This document shows positions 9,911-19,429 of a stretch of 64,000 nucleotides of DNA, piece by piece. Where the stretch lies: assembly GCA_913050175.1 (NCBI GenBank), contig CAJXAF010000002.1, forward strand, positions 185-64,184, read 5' to 3'. The stretch is from an uncultured bacterium (GTDB lineage Bacteria; Omnitrophota; Gorgyraeia; Duberdicusellales; 4484-171). The notes under the pieces were generated by a model. That model worked only from the letters and a program-made list of their open reading frames with translations. It ran no database searches and had not been told where the DNA came from. Numbering within the stretch: the first letter of the stretch is position 1; each line of letters begins with the position of its first letter. The translations under genes were made by a program, and so were the position numbers.

Positions 9911-10282
9911 TTACTTTTTCTTAATTCCGCCAACTCTAGGTTTTGGTCCCTTACGGGTGCGAGCATTACATTTAGTCCTCTGCCCCCTAACCGGTAGACC
10001 TTTCTTGTGGCGTGAACCGCGATATGCTCCGACATCGATTAATCTTCTGATATTTTGAGAAATTTCTCGACGTAATTCTCCTTCAATCCTGTGATTTGCC
10101 TGGACAAAAGTAGAAATTCTTGATACTTCCTCATCGCTCAAGTCGCTAGCTTTTCTATCAGGATCAATTTCTACTGCCTTAAGTATATCCAAAGCCTTTA
10201 TAGGCCCAATACCATAAATATATCTTAAAGCTATTTTGATTTGTTTTGTTTTTGGTATATCAACACCGAAAATCCTTGGCAT
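9911..10282 (-). CDS. rpsM: 30S ribosomal protein S13
   Basis: 123 aa; MPRIFGVDIP...ALRYIYGIG...GLPVRGQRTKCNARTRKG. Confidence 0.95.
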   Translation of the reverse strand: MPRIFGVDIPKTKQIKIALRYIYGIGPIKALDILKAVEIDPDRKASDLSDEEVSRISTFVQANHRIEGELRREISQNIRRLIDVGAYRGSRHKKGLPVRGQRTKCNARTRKGPKPRVGGIKKK

Positions 10283-10333
10283 CCCTATCTCCTCTTTTCT
10301 TAACCTTTTTGTCTAAATTTTACGACTTACTTC

Positions 10334-10447
10334 TTATCCTTGTCTCTGCTTATGCTTAGGGATCTTACATATTACCCTAACCACACCCTTTCTTCTTATT
10401 ATTTTACATTTATCACAAATCTTCTTTATTGATGACTTAACTTTCAT
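10334..10447 (-). CDS. rpmJ: 50S ribosomal protein L36 (Zn-ribbon form)
   Basis: Not in the ORF track because it is too short. Reverse translation from the ATG at 10447 gives [37 protein letters not shown], then stop at 10334-10336. It sits between infA and rpsM as expected. Confidence 0.85.
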   Translation of the reverse strand: MKVKSSIKKICDKCKIIRRKGVVRVICKIPKHKQRQG

Positions 10448-10461
10448 ATCTTCTCCGAATC

Positions 10462-10680
10462 CTATTTCTGTCTGTAAGTTATCCTTCCTCGGGTTAAATC
10501 ATAAGGTGAAAGCTCAAGTTTAACTTTATCACCGGGAAGAATGCGGATAAAATGCATTCGCATTTTCCCGGAAACATGCGCAAGCACCACATGGTCATTC
10601 TCAAGTTTTACCCTAAACATAGCATTTGGTAAAGCTTCAAGAATCTCTCCCTCAACTTCTATTAACTCTTCTTTTGCCAT
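10462..10680 (-). CDS. infA: translation initiation factor IF-1
   Basis: 72 aa S1-like OB fold; [31 protein letters not shown]... Confidence 0.95.
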   Translation of the reverse strand: MAKEELIEVEGEILEALPNAMFRVKLENDHVVLAHVSGKMRMHFIRILPGDKVKLELSPYDLTRGRITYRQK

Positions 10681-10724
10681 ATATATTTTATATAGTTACC
10701 ATTATAATAAAAACAATTTTTACA

Positions 10725-11486
10725 TTAAGCAGTTAAAATCCAAGGACCCTTCTTAGTCACAGCTATGGTATGCTCAAAGTGAGCTGATAAAGAGTCATCT
10801 TTGGTTTTTGCAGTCCAACCATCGCTAAGTATCTTTATATCATAACTTCCGGCTGAAACCATTGGTTCAACAGCAATGGCCTGGCCGTTAACGAGCTCCA
10901 TGCCTTCACCTTTATCACCGAAATTAGGAACTTCCGGAGGAGTATGCAAATCTCGCCCAATACCATGACCAACGAACTTACGAATAACTGAAAATCCTTT
11001 TTTTTCCACGAAAGTCTGTATGGCATTACTTACATCGCCAATTCTAGCTCCAACCTTAATTCTACGTATTCCCTCATCGAGAGACCGTTTGGAAACAGCA
11101 ACTAAATTGCGAGCAGCCTTGGATACTTTTCCTACCGGGTAGGTATAGGCTGTGTCAACGAATAGACCCTTATATTTTATTCCCAGATCTACACTCACTA
11201 GATCGCCGTCTTTTATCACTCTACCTGAAGGGATACCGTGTATTATCTCTTCATTTACTGAAACACAGCATGAAGCCGTGTACCCCATAAACCCCTTAAA
11301 AGCCGCAGACATTTCTGGATAATCAGCTATTTTTTTTTCAAAGAACTTTTCAATATCCTTAGTTGTAATCTTATCTTTTATAAAGACTTTTAATTCTTTA
11401 AGTACGATTGAGGCAACTTTTCCTGCCTCGCGCATCGTTTTTAATTCATCTAGAGTTAGAGGTTCAAACACTAAGCATCCCTCCAT
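10725..11486 (-). CDS. map: methionine aminopeptidase, type I
   Basis: 253 aa; metal-binding residues in DGDLVSVDLG, FVGHGIG, HFEHTIAVT, VAVEP context. Confidence 0.9.
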   Translation of the reverse strand: MEGCLVFEPLTLDELKTMREAGKVASIVLKELKVFIKDKITTKDIEKFFEKKIADYPEMSAAFKGFMGYTASCCVSVNEEIIHGIPSGRVIKDGDLVSVDLGIKYKGLFVDTAYTYPVGKVSKAARNLVAVSKRSLDEGIRRIKVGARIGDVSNAIQTFVEKKGFSVIRKFVGHGIGRDLHTPPEVPNFGDKGEGMELVNGQAIAVEPMVSAGSYDIKILSDGWTAKTKDDSLSAHFEHTIAVTKKGPWILTA

Positions 11487-11506
11487 CTTTTTTCAAAGAA
11501 CCACAT

Positions 11507-12058
11507 TTACTCTAAAAGGTCTTTTATTCTTTTAAAAATATCTTCGATGCTACCCTGGCCGTTAACTTCCATAAGTTTGCCATTATTTCGATAAAATTCT
11601 AATATTTGATTGCATTCGTTTATAAAAACTTCCCATCGCTTGGCAATAACTTCGGGGTCATCATCGCCTCGGCCTCTCTTGGTTAAACGCTCAATGATGG
11701 TTTCTTGATTGACTTGTAAATAAAGGAAAATATCTATTTCTAAATTCTTTTTCTTTAAAATAGCTTCTAAATTTTTAGCCTGATCTAAATTTCGTGGATA
11801 CCCATCTAAAATAAACCCTGTCTGGGCAATATTTTCCTCAATAACCTGAGAAACTAGATCATCCGGTACTAGTAAGCCTTTTTCCATATAACTTTTAACT
11901 TTTTCACCAAGCTCACTTCCTTTTTTAACCTCTTCTCGCAAAATATCACCTAAAGAGATTTTTTTTAGATCTAACTCTTTAGCAATCATAACAGCTTGCG
12001 TACCCTTACCAGAACCTGGTGAGCCAAAAATAACTATTCTTTTATCTGTCATAATCAT
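11507..12058 (-). CDS. adk: adenylate kinase (short form, no Zn lid)
   Basis: 183 aa; P-loop GSPGSGKGTQ, ILDGYPRN, conserved spc-operon position after secY. Confidence 0.9.
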   Translation of the reverse strand: MIMTDKRIVIFGSPGSGKGTQAVMIAKELDLKKISLGDILREEVKKGSELGEKVKSYMEKGLLVPDDLVSQVIEENIAQTGFILDGYPRNLDQAKNLEAILKKKNLEIDIFLYLQVNQETIIERLTKRGRGDDDPEVIAKRWEVFINECNQILEFYRNNGKLMEVNGQGSIEDIFKRIKDLLE

Positions 12059-12064
12059 AGCTCT

Positions 12065-13420
12065 TTATTTTCTTCCCTTTAAACTGCTTCCCTTAATAAA
12101 ACCATCATAATGACGAATCACGAGCTGGCCTTCAATCTGTTTCATGGTATCAATAATTACACCCACCATAATTAAAAGAGTTGTACCGCCAAATAGTGAG
12201 GCCAGACCATATGATGGCACTCTAAATAAATACATTACACAATTAGGAAATATTGCAATAAGGCTTATATATAAAGCTCCTATAAAAATAATTCTTGTAG
12301 CAACAAAATCTAAGTAGTTAGCAGTCGGTCTACCGGGACGGATTCCCGGAATAAATCCTCCGTGTTTCTTAAGATTATTGGAAATTTCGAGAGGATTAAA
12401 TACCATAGCTGTGTAAAAATACATAAAGAACATAATAAGGCATACGAAAAATAAATTATACCATAGACCCCTCTGTTGAATCATCCCCTGCAGGAAACTA
12501 AGAACACCTGTGGCTTTTGGCAAGAGCATAGCAATGGTTGCCGGAAAAGTCATGACACTACTTGCAAAAATAATAGCAATCACCCCTGACATGTCAACTT
12601 TGATAGGTAAGTATGTACTCTGGCCTCCATAAACTTTTCGGCCGACAACTCTTCTGCCATACTGTATCGGGATACGACGCTGAGCCTGGCTAAAAAGGAC
12701 AACTGCGATTATCATCAGAAACCACAAAGCAAACAACATTAAAACTTTAACTGTATGAATCTGTTGTTTGGAAGGGTCAAAGGGCGACCACAAAATAAAT
12801 AATTGCCTAACCGAAGAAGGAATTCTAGACATAATACTGGCAGTAATTATAATCGAAATACCATTACCAATACCTCTTTCCTGTATCTGTTCACCTAACC
12901 ACATTATAAAAACTGTACCTGCAGTTAAAGTAAGGATAGTGATAAGGCTAAACATCGGTCCGGGATTAGCCACAATAACATAACCCTTAAAATTACCTGA
13001 ATTTGAAAGCCATAAAGACAAAAATAAACCTTGGACAACACAAAGAGCGAATGTTAAATATCTTGTGTATTGATTGATCTTTTCATAGCCAGCCTTGCCT
13101 TCCTTAGCTATACGCTCCAGTGCCGGAACCACGGCTGTAAGAAGTTGCATAATGATTGAGGCTGAAATATAAGGCATTATTCCTAAAGCAAAAATACTTA
13201 AACGAGTCAATGCCCCGCCAGTAAATAGATTAACCATACCTAAGATTCCCTCCCCGGCGGTCTTTGAGAGTTCATCAAAAAACTTAGTTAAATTATAAGT
13301 ATTGATTCCGGCTGTAGGTATAAAACATCCGGCTCGATAAACTATGAGTAGAGAAAGAGTTATTAAAATCTTTCTTTTCAGCTCAGCTATTTTCAGGATG
13401 TTGACTATCGACTTAAACAT
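12065..13420 (-). CDS. secY: preprotein translocase subunit SecY
   Basis: 451 aa polytopic membrane protein; ELKRKILITL...GIMPYISASII N-terminal SecY signature. Position follows rplO. Confidence 0.95.
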   Translation of the reverse strand: MFKSIVNILKIAELKRKILITLSLLIVYRAGCFIPTAGINTYNLTKFFDELSKTAGEGILGMVNLFTGGALTRLSIFALGIMPYISASIIMQLLTAVVPALERIAKEGKAGYEKINQYTRYLTFALCVVQGLFLSLWLSNSGNFKGYVIVANPGPMFSLITILTLTAGTVFIMWLGEQIQERGIGNGISIIITASIMSRIPSSVRQLFILWSPFDPSKQQIHTVKVLMLFALWFLMIIAVVLFSQAQRRIPIQYGRRVVGRKVYGGQSTYLPIKVDMSGVIAIIFASSVMTFPATIAMLLPKATGVLSFLQGMIQQRGLWYNLFFVCLIMFFMYFYTAMVFNPLEISNNLKKHGGFIPGIRPGRPTANYLDFVATRIIFIGALYISLIAIFPNCVMYLFRVPSYGLASLFGGTTLLIMVGVIIDTMKQIEGQLVIRHYDGFIKGSSLKGRK

Positions 13421-13860
13421 TCAGCCACGCCTCCAGCTTTTTCTATAACTTCCTTAGCTTTCAGAGAAAACTTATCAGCTTTTATAGTAACTTTTAGAGA
13501 AAAATCACTTTGAATTTTAGCTAAGATTTTTACAGGTTTCTTTATACTTTTTATAAGGTTTTTTTCCTTTAAGACTTCGGGGTTAATTTCTTTTATTTCG
13601 CCTAACTTAGTCTGAATATCACCTAAGTTAACAACCTGAAAATCTCTTTTACGTACAGGTGTAAAGCCCCTCTTTGGTAGCAATCGGGCAAAAGTAAGGC
13701 TACCGCCACGATAGCCAGGATAAGGTGTCTTTTTACCCTTTCTCTGACCAGCTCCTTTGTGTCCCCGGGTTGAAGTTTTACCTCTACCGGTGCCGGTACC
13801 ACGGCCAACCCTTTTAGTCTTTTTATTAGCTACTTTAGGTTTAATACTTGATAAGTCCAT
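13405..13860 (-). CDS. rplO: 50S ribosomal protein L15
   Basis: 151 aa; Gly/Arg-rich N-terminus (KRVGRGTGTGRGKTSTRGHKG), immediately downstream of rpsE. Confidence 0.9.
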   Translation of the reverse strand: MDLSSIKPKVANKKTKRVGRGTGTGRGKTSTRGHKGAGQRKGKKTPYPGYRGGSLTFARLLPKRGFTPVRKRDFQVVNLGDIQTKLGEIKEINPEVLKEKNLIKSIKKPVKILAKIQSDFSLKVTIKADKFSLKAKEVIEKAGGVAECLSR

Positions 13861-13862
13861 AG

Positions 13863-14381
13863 TTACCCCTTCAAACTCTGAAATCCCTGGAAAGTTGCTT
13901 TAACTACATTTATCTGATTAGTAGAATTTGCTAAATTTTTAGTTAAAATATCTTTTATTCCGGCACACTCACAAACTGCTCGCACAGGACTTGAGGCAAT
14001 AACCCCAGTTCCCTGACCGGCTGGTTTAAGTAGGATTCGGACTGCGCCGAATGAGCCAATTATCTGATGAGTAATAGTTGTTTTCTTTCTTTTTATAGGA
14101 ATTATATCTTTTTTAGCACGACTAATACCTTTGCGAATTGCATCAGCCACCTCGTTAGCTTTACCCAAAGCAAACCCAGCCATGCCTTCGCCGTCACCTA
14201 CTACTACTAAGGCTGAAAAACCTAAATTTTTACCACCCTTAGTTACTTTTGTTGTTCTATTTATAAAAAGTACTTTTTCAATAAAGGCTTTCTCTCTTGG
14301 CTGCGATCCAGAATCGCCAGCTTTATTATCTCTGGCTGCACCTGGTTTCCTATATTCTTGTTTTCTTCCTGATTGATTCAA
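13863..14381 (-). CDS. rpsE: 30S ribosomal protein S5
   Basis: 172 aa; dsRBD-like VNRTTKVTKGGKNLGFSALVVVGDG and C-terminal S5 domain. Confidence 0.95.
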   Translation of the reverse strand: MNQSGRKQEYRKPGAARDNKAGDSGSQPREKAFIEKVLFINRTTKVTKGGKNLGFSALVVVGDGEGMAGFALGKANEVADAIRKGISRAKKDIIPIKRKKTTITHQIIGSFGAVRILLKPAGQGTGVIASSPVRAVCECAGIKDILTKNLANSTNQINVVKATFQGFQSLKG

Positions 14382-14731
14382 AATTTCAATCCTCCTTCTC
14401 TTGCCCCCTCGGCCAAACAGCCTACTCGGCCATGATAGCTATAGCCACTTCTATCAAAAGAAATATTTTTAATTCCAGAATTAACAGCCTCTTGAGCAAT
14501 CATCTTACCAATTTCTTTTGCGGCTTCTTTTCCAGTAGATTTAATCTTCTTAGCTTTAAAATCCTTACTTAAGGTCGATCTTCCAAGAATCACTCTCTGG
14601 GATGAGTCATCCACCAATTGAGTATAGATGTGTTTTTTACTGCGGAAAACAACCAATCGAGGTTGTTCCTTGGATCCACGCATTTTCTTTGTAACTCTTT
14701 TATGTCTTCTTAGTCTACCAATTTTTTTCAT
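14378..14731 (-). CDS. rplR: 50S ribosomal protein L18
   Basis: 117 aa; RLVVFRS.KHIY.Q..DD...VILG.ST... Confidence 0.9.
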   Translation of the reverse strand: MKKIGRLRRHKRVTKKMRGSKEQPRLVVFRSKKHIYTQLVDDSSQRVILGRSTLSKDFKAKKIKSTGKEAAKEIGKMIAQEAVNSGIKNISFDRSGYSYHGRVGCLAEGAREGGLKF

Positions 14732-14742
14732 ATTTTAACTCG

Positions 14743-15282
14743 TTATTTTGCTAAAGCTTTACCTAATTTCTTACGTACTTCTTCTCCGGCATATCTTATT
14801 CCCTTACCCTTATACGGTTCGGGAGGATATATCTTTCTTACGTTTGCGGCAAACTCACCAACTTTCTGTTTATCAATACCTTCAACAACTATCTTTACCT
14901 GGGAAGGAGTTGAAACTTTTAAATCGTCAGAAACTTTAATCTCAACCGGGTGAGAAAATCCTACATTCAGAACTAAAGTTTTCCCTTTCATTTGAGTCTT
15001 GTAGCCAACACCGACTATCTCTAGCTCCTTTTTAAATCCTTTAGTTACACCGAGAATCATATTATTGATTAAAACCCTTATTGTGCCATGAAGACATCTT
15101 GACAATTTTTCGTCATCGGCCCGTTCTACTAAAATTTGATTATCCTTTAGCTTAACTGATACTCCGTCAGGAATAGCTAACTCCAATTTATCTTTTGCAG
15201 TCGCCACAGTACAAAGGCCATCCTTTAATTCAAATTTTACTTCTTTTGGTACTTCTATGGGTTGTTTTCCTACTCTTGACAT
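14743..15282 (-). CDS. rplF: 50S ribosomal protein L6
   Basis: 179 aa; MSRVGKQPIEVP...two L6 alpha/beta repeats. Confidence 0.95.
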   Translation of the reverse strand: MSRVGKQPIEVPKEVKFELKDGLCTVATAKDKLELAIPDGVSVKLKDNQILVERADDEKLSRCLHGTIRVLINNMILGVTKGFKKELEIVGVGYKTQMKGKTLVLNVGFSHPVEIKVSDDLKVSTPSQVKIVVEGIDKQKVGEFAANVRKIYPPEPYKGKGIRYAGEEVRKKLGKALAK

Positions 15283-15304
15283 ATATTCTCCAATTTCACC
15301 TTAC

Positions 15305-15700
15305 TTACCAGACCATTCCGATAACTTCTCCGCCAACTCCTAATTCTTTAGCTTTCCTATCAGTCATAATTCCAGACGATGTCGAAATTAAGGTGATCCC
15401 ATACCCTCCCAAAGCACGGGGAATACTTTTCTTAGGTACGTAGACTCTTCGGCCCGGGGTAGAAATTTTCTTAATTTGAGTTATGGCATTCTTTTTACCA
15501 TCATAACGCAAATATATCTTTATCTTCTTTTTACCTTCTAAATCAATTTCTTTATAGTTTTGCAGATAGCCCTCGTCTTTTAAGATACTACAAATTTTTA
15601 GCATCGAACCTGAATAGGGAAAACTGGCATCGTCCTTTTTGGCGAAAACTGCATTTCTTAAAACTGTAAAGCAATCGCTAATTAAATCTGTTCTACTCAT
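15305..15700 (-). CDS. rpsH: 30S ribosomal protein S8
   Basis: 131 aa; DLISDCFTVLRNA...ILKDEGYL...GGEVIGMVW. Confidence 0.95.
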   Translation of the reverse strand: MSRTDLISDCFTVLRNAVFAKKDDASFPYSGSMLKICSILKDEGYLQNYKEIDLEGKKKIKIYLRYDGKKNAITQIKKISTPGRRVYVPKKSIPRALGGYGITLISTSSGIMTDRKAKELGVGGEVIGMVW

Positions 15701-15766
15701 ATATACTTCCTCGCTTAGTTCTTTTATTAACTAAAGAATACTTTGTCCTAAATCCTACTTGACTTA

Positions 15767-15961
15767 TTACCAGCTAGCTTTCTTCACTCCAGGTATCAAG
15801 CCTCTCCAGGCAAGCTCTCTGAAGCAAATACGACAAAGCTCGAAATCGCGAATGTAAGCTCTTGGCCTTCCACAACGCCGGCAGCGATTGTGGTATCTGG
15901 TTTTAAATTTAACTTTTACTTTTTCGCGCTTCCACTTCTGGATTTTTGCTGTTGTTGCCAT
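15767..15961 (-). CDS. rpsN: 30S ribosomal protein S14 type Z (Zn-binding, 61-residue class)
   Basis: 64 aa with [25 protein letters not shown] Cys4 motif; located between rplE and rpsH. Confidence 0.9.
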   Translation of the reverse strand: MATTAKIQKWKREKVKVKFKTRYHNRCRRCGRPRAYIRDFELCRICFRELAWRGLIPGVKKASW

Positions 15962-15975
15962 TTTAATTCTCCGTT

Positions 15976-16545
15976 TTATCTTCTAAAAGGAAAACCAAAG
16001 CCCTTTAAAAGTTCTCTGGCTTCTTCATCATTAGTTGCACTAGTATTAATACTGATGTTCATTCCTTGAGTTCTACTAACTTTATCAAGGTTGATTTCGG
16101 GAAATATACTTTGCTCAGTAAGACCAAAGGTATAATTACCCCGGCCATCAAAAGAATTAGCTGGAAATCCACGAAAATCTCTAATTCGAGGAGATGCTAC
16201 ACTAATGAATCTATCAAGGAACTCATACATTATTTTGCCCCTTAAAGTAGTACAACAACCAATCGGGGCATTTTCTCTTAATTTAAAATTCGATATCGGC
16301 TTGCGAGAACGACAAATCTTAGCCTTCTGTCCGGTAATCTGGCCTAACTCAATAGCTGCTTTTTCAGTTAATTTTGCATCTTGGCTGCCTTGACCAATAC
16401 CCATATTAATAACAATCTTTATAAGCTTGGGCACAGCCATAGAATTCTTAATGCCGAACTTCTCTTTAAGTTGAGAAGCTATTGTGTCTCGATAATAAGG
16501 TATTAACCTTGGTACGTATTTTTCTTCTATATTGGCTTCTGACAT
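15976..16545 (-). CDS. rplE: 50S ribosomal protein L5
   Basis: 189 aa; [37 protein letters not shown]. Confidence 0.9.
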   Translation of the reverse strand: MSEANIEEKYVPRLIPYYRDTIASQLKEKFGIKNSMAVPKLIKIVINMGIGQGSQDAKLTEKAAIELGQITGQKAKICRSRKPISNFKLRENAPIGCCTTLRGKIMYEFLDRFISVASPRIRDFRGFPANSFDGRGNYTFGLTEQSIFPEINLDKVSRTQGMNISINTSATNDEEARELLKGFGFPFRR

Positions 16546-16841
16546 TTTTTACAAATCCTTGTTTTACTCTTATCCTCTGCGGTTTGAACTAAAAAACGAA
16601 CTCCTTTATTACAACTGGAACAAAATAAGCTAACGTTAGATATATGTATAGATGCCGGCACCTCTTTTATGCCACCGGGTTCACTTTCTGAGCGACGGCG
16701 AGTATGCTTTTTTACCAGGTTCAACCCCTCAACTACTACTCGTGATTTAGCGGTAAACACCTTTAAGATCTTACCAGTCTTATTCTTCGCCTTACCTGCC
16801 AAAACCACAACTTTATCGCCTTTTTTTACTCTCAAACTCAT
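16527..16841 (-). CDS. rplX: 50S ribosomal protein L24 with C-terminal Cys4 Zn-ribbon
   Basis: 104 aa; KOW domain VKKGDKVVVLAGKAKNKTGKI. The C-terminus carries CSSC...x16...CKKC where E. coli L24 has none. Confidence 0.9.
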   Translation of the reverse strand: MSLRVKKGDKVVVLAGKAKNKTGKILKVFTAKSRVVVEGLNLVKKHTRRRSESEPGGIKEVPASIHISNVSLFCSSCNKGVRFLVQTAEDKSKTRICKKCQKPI

Positions 16842-16846
16842 AACTC

Positions 16847-17212
16847 TTATATTACCTCTGGAGCTAAAGATAAAATCTTACCAAACTTATCCCTTAGCTC
16901 TCTTGCAACTGGTCCAAAAACACGAGTTGCCCTAGGATTGCCCTGTTTATCGATTATGACACAGGCATTCTTATCAAATTTAATTGCTAAACCATCTTTT
17001 CGCTTAATCGGAAAACGAGTTCTTACGACAACAGCCCTAACGACTTCGCCCTTTTTAATCGGAGCATTAGGCATAGCCTCTTTAACGCTGGCATTAAAAA
17101 CATCACCAATATCAGCATGATCTTTATTCTTCTTACCAATAACACCGATAAAAGAAACTTTTTTTGCTCCACTATTATCAGCAACATCTAGCTTTGTTCT
17201 TAAATAAATCAT
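16847..17212 (-). CDS. rplN: 50S ribosomal protein L14
   Basis: 121 aa; [18 protein letters not shown]... Confidence 0.95.
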   Translation of the reverse strand: MIYLRTKLDVADNSGAKKVSFIGVIGKKNKDHADIGDVFNASVKEAMPNAPIKKGEVVRAVVVRTRFPIKRKDGLAIKFDKNACVIIDKQGNPRATRVFGPVARELRDKFGKILSLAPEVI

Positions 17213-17448
17213 TTTACAATCTCTAAAAGTTGAAAATGGGTATCCTTCGAATAAGGTCGAGACTCAATTATTTTTACCCGGTCACCAACCTTTGCTTTAT
17301 TATCCTTATCATGGGCTTTAAATTTCTTTCTTTTTATTATTGATCTTTTATAGAGCTGGTGGGAAAATTTCATACCCACTAAAACAGTAATGGTTTTATC
17401 CATCTTGTCTGAAACAACTTTTCCCTCAATCACTTTACCTTTTTTCAC
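17209..17448 (-). CDS. rpsQ: 30S ribosomal protein S17
   Basis: 79 aa OB fold; [13 protein letters not shown].....H.LYKR. Confidence 0.9.
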   Translation of the reverse strand: MKKGKVIEGKVVSDKMDKTITVLVGMKFSHQLYKRSIIKRKKFKAHDKDNKAKVGDRVKIIESRPYSKDTHFQLLEIVK

Positions 17449-17638
17449 TTTCCACCTCTTGCTTTTGCCCCATTATACTTTTAATCCGAGCTATATCGCG
17501 ACGGAATTGCTTAAAAAGATGCGGTTTCTCAACTCCGCTATGTCTTTTAAATTGCAACTCCATAAGCTGCTTATTAAGCTCCTCCATCTTTTCATTCAAT
17601 TCTTGGTTTGATAAACCACGTAAATCTTTTGCTTTCAC
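17435..17638 (-). CDS. rpmC: 50S ribosomal protein L29
   Basis: 67 aa helical; [32 protein letters not shown]. Confidence 0.85.
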   Translation of the reverse strand: MKAKDLRGLSNQELNEKMEELNKQLMELQFKRHSGVEKPHLFKQFRRDIARIKSIMGQKQEVESEKR

Positions 17639-17667
17639 TTATTACTCCTTCTACTCTTAATCCTAGA

Positions 17668-18078
17668 CTAACGTCTTCGGTTCACAAACATAGTTTTAAA
17701 GGGGAGTTTATAGGCCGCTAATCTAAATGACTCTCTGGCATAATCCTCAGGAATGCCGCCTAATTCAAACAAAACCGCTCCCCGCTTAATTACGGCCACC
17801 CATTTATCAACTTCACCCTTGCCTTTACCCATTCTTGATTCAGCAGGGTGTTTTGTTATTGGCTTATCGGGAAAAACCCTGATCCATAATTTTCCCCCAC
17901 GTCTCAACCTTCTAGTTAAAATAATTCTTATAGTTTCAATAAGATTGTTTTTAAGCCAAGCCGCCTCAAGTGACTTTAATCCGAACTCACCAAAAGATAC
18001 TGCTGCGCCGCGGGTTGCGACTCCTCTTCTTTTTCCTCTTTGGGTTTTTCTATATTTTACTCTTTTTGGCAACAACAT
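17668..18078 (-). CDS. rplP: 50S ribosomal protein L16
   Basis: 136 aa; MLLPKRVKYRK.QRG...G. Confidence 0.95.
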   Translation of the reverse strand: MLLPKRVKYRKTQRGKRRGVATRGAAVSFGEFGLKSLEAAWLKNNLIETIRIILTRRLRRGGKLWIRVFPDKPITKHPAESRMGKGKGEVDKWVAVIKRGAVLFELGGIPEDYARESFRLAAYKLPFKTMFVNRRR

Positions 18079-18081
18079 AAC

Positions 18082-18750
18082 TTACCTAGCCTGCTCTTCT
18101 TTGATCATGTAACTACCTAATCTCTTTTCACCTTTATAAATCCAAACTTTGACTCCGATAGTTCCGTAAGTGGTCCGGGCAATGTAATAGCCGTAATCAA
18201 TATCTGCTCGAAAGGTTTGCAAGGGTACTTTGCCGTATTTATATGATTCCTTTCTGGCAATCTCAACTCCGCCCAAGCGGCCAGAACATCTGATCTTTAT
18301 TCCTTCACCGCCTAAGTTTGTAGCCTGCTGTATTGCTTTCTTCATAGCTCTTCTAAAATTAACCCTCCTGGTCAATTGAAAACCAATCTGTTCAGCTACC
18401 AGCTGGGCCTCAAGTGAAGGGTCGTGAACTTCTTCAACATCAATAACTATTTCTTTTTTAGTTAATTCACCTAGTTGTTTCTTTGTTCTCTCGATATCCT
18501 GGCCTCTTCTGCCAATTATAACTCCCGGGCGAGAAGTTCTTACCCTGACTCTGACCCCTCCGGCAGAAACTCTTTCAACAACTATCGTGGCAACTGAACC
18601 AGCCGGATAGTTAGACTTAACATAATCTCTGATTTTTAAATCCTCTTCTAGGTAATCAGCATATTCTCTCCTTTTAGGCGTAAACCAACGGGAAAGCCAA
18701 TCTTTGCCAAAACCAATTCTCAAAATATACGGATGTACTTTTTGTCCCAT
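18082..18750 (-). CDS. rpsC: 30S ribosomal protein S3
   Basis: 222 aa; MGQKVHPYILRIG...KH domain... Confidence 0.95.
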   Translation of the reverse strand: MGQKVHPYILRIGFGKDWLSRWFTPKRREYADYLEEDLKIRDYVKSNYPAGSVATIVVERVSAGGVRVRVRTSRPGVIIGRRGQDIERTKKQLGELTKKEIVIDVEEVHDPSLEAQLVAEQIGFQLTRRVNFRRAMKKAIQQATNLGGEGIKIRCSGRLGGVEIARKESYKYGKVPLQTFRADIDYGYYIARTTYGTIGVKVWIYKGEKRLGSYMIKEEQAR

Positions 18751-18754
18751 AATC

Positions 18755-19114
18755 CTACCTTATTTTTACTCGTTCTATTAATTTTTCCTTTGTGTCTAAT
18801 TCAATTAATATATGAGATGTTCGTTTACGAATTAAAGACGCCCTTCCGAATGACGCAGCCCGATACCGTTTTAAAGTTGGTCCGGGATTAGCAATTACCT
18901 TGGAAATAAACAACGACTTCTCCTCATGGCCTTTATTTTTTGCGTTAGCTAAAGCTGACTTTAAGACTTTTTGAAGGTAATAAGCTCCTCTTTTAGAAGT
19001 AAGCGTTAACTTGCTCATAGCAACGCCAACAGGGTTTCCCTTAATAAGACTAATAACCGGTCTTACCTTAGTTGGAGAAATTCTTATATATTTTGCGTGG
19101 GCTTTTGCTATCAT
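18755..19114 (-). CDS. rplV: 50S ribosomal protein L22
   Basis: 119 aa; AKAHAKYIRISPTKVRPV..LI.G. Confidence 0.9.
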   Translation of the reverse strand: MIAKAHAKYIRISPTKVRPVISLIKGNPVGVAMSKLTLTSKRGAYYLQKVLKSALANAKNKGHEEKSLFISKVIANPGPTLKRYRAASFGRASLIRKRTSHILIELDTKEKLIERVKIR

Positions 19115-19129
19115 TTATAACCTTATGAT

Positions 19130-19417
19130 TTATTTTTTCGCTATTGCCTTCTTAGCTTTTATTCCGCCATGCTGTTTAAATGTTCTGGTAGGGGCAAATT
19201 CACCTAAGCGATGGCCGACCATACCTTCAGTTACGAAAACCGGCATATGCTTCTTACCATTATGTACAGCAAAGGTTAAACCAACAAAATCAGGAATTAT
19301 CATCGAAGCCCTTGACCAAGTTTTGATCGCTTTACGATCTCCGCTATCTTTAGCTAACTTAGCTTTCTTAAACAGCTTCTCTGCTATAAACGGTCCTTTT
19401 TTTAATGATCTAGACAT
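19130..19417 (-). CDS. rpsS: 30S ribosomal protein S19
   Basis: 95 aa; [10 protein letters not shown]...[30 protein letters not shown]. Confidence 0.95.
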   Translation of the reverse strand: MSRSLKKGPFIAEKLFKKAKLAKDSGDRKAIKTWSRASMIIPDFVGLTFAVHNGKKHMPVFVTEGMVGHRLGEFAPTRTFKQHGGIKAKKAIAKK

Positions 19418-19429
19418 TACTTATCTCCC

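Noticed and set aside
9853-10035. 60-aa minus-strand ORF overlapping the rpsM/rpsK junction
   Set aside because: It is out-of-frame overlap with two conserved r-protein genes, Lys/Arg-rich nonsense composition and no independent start context.
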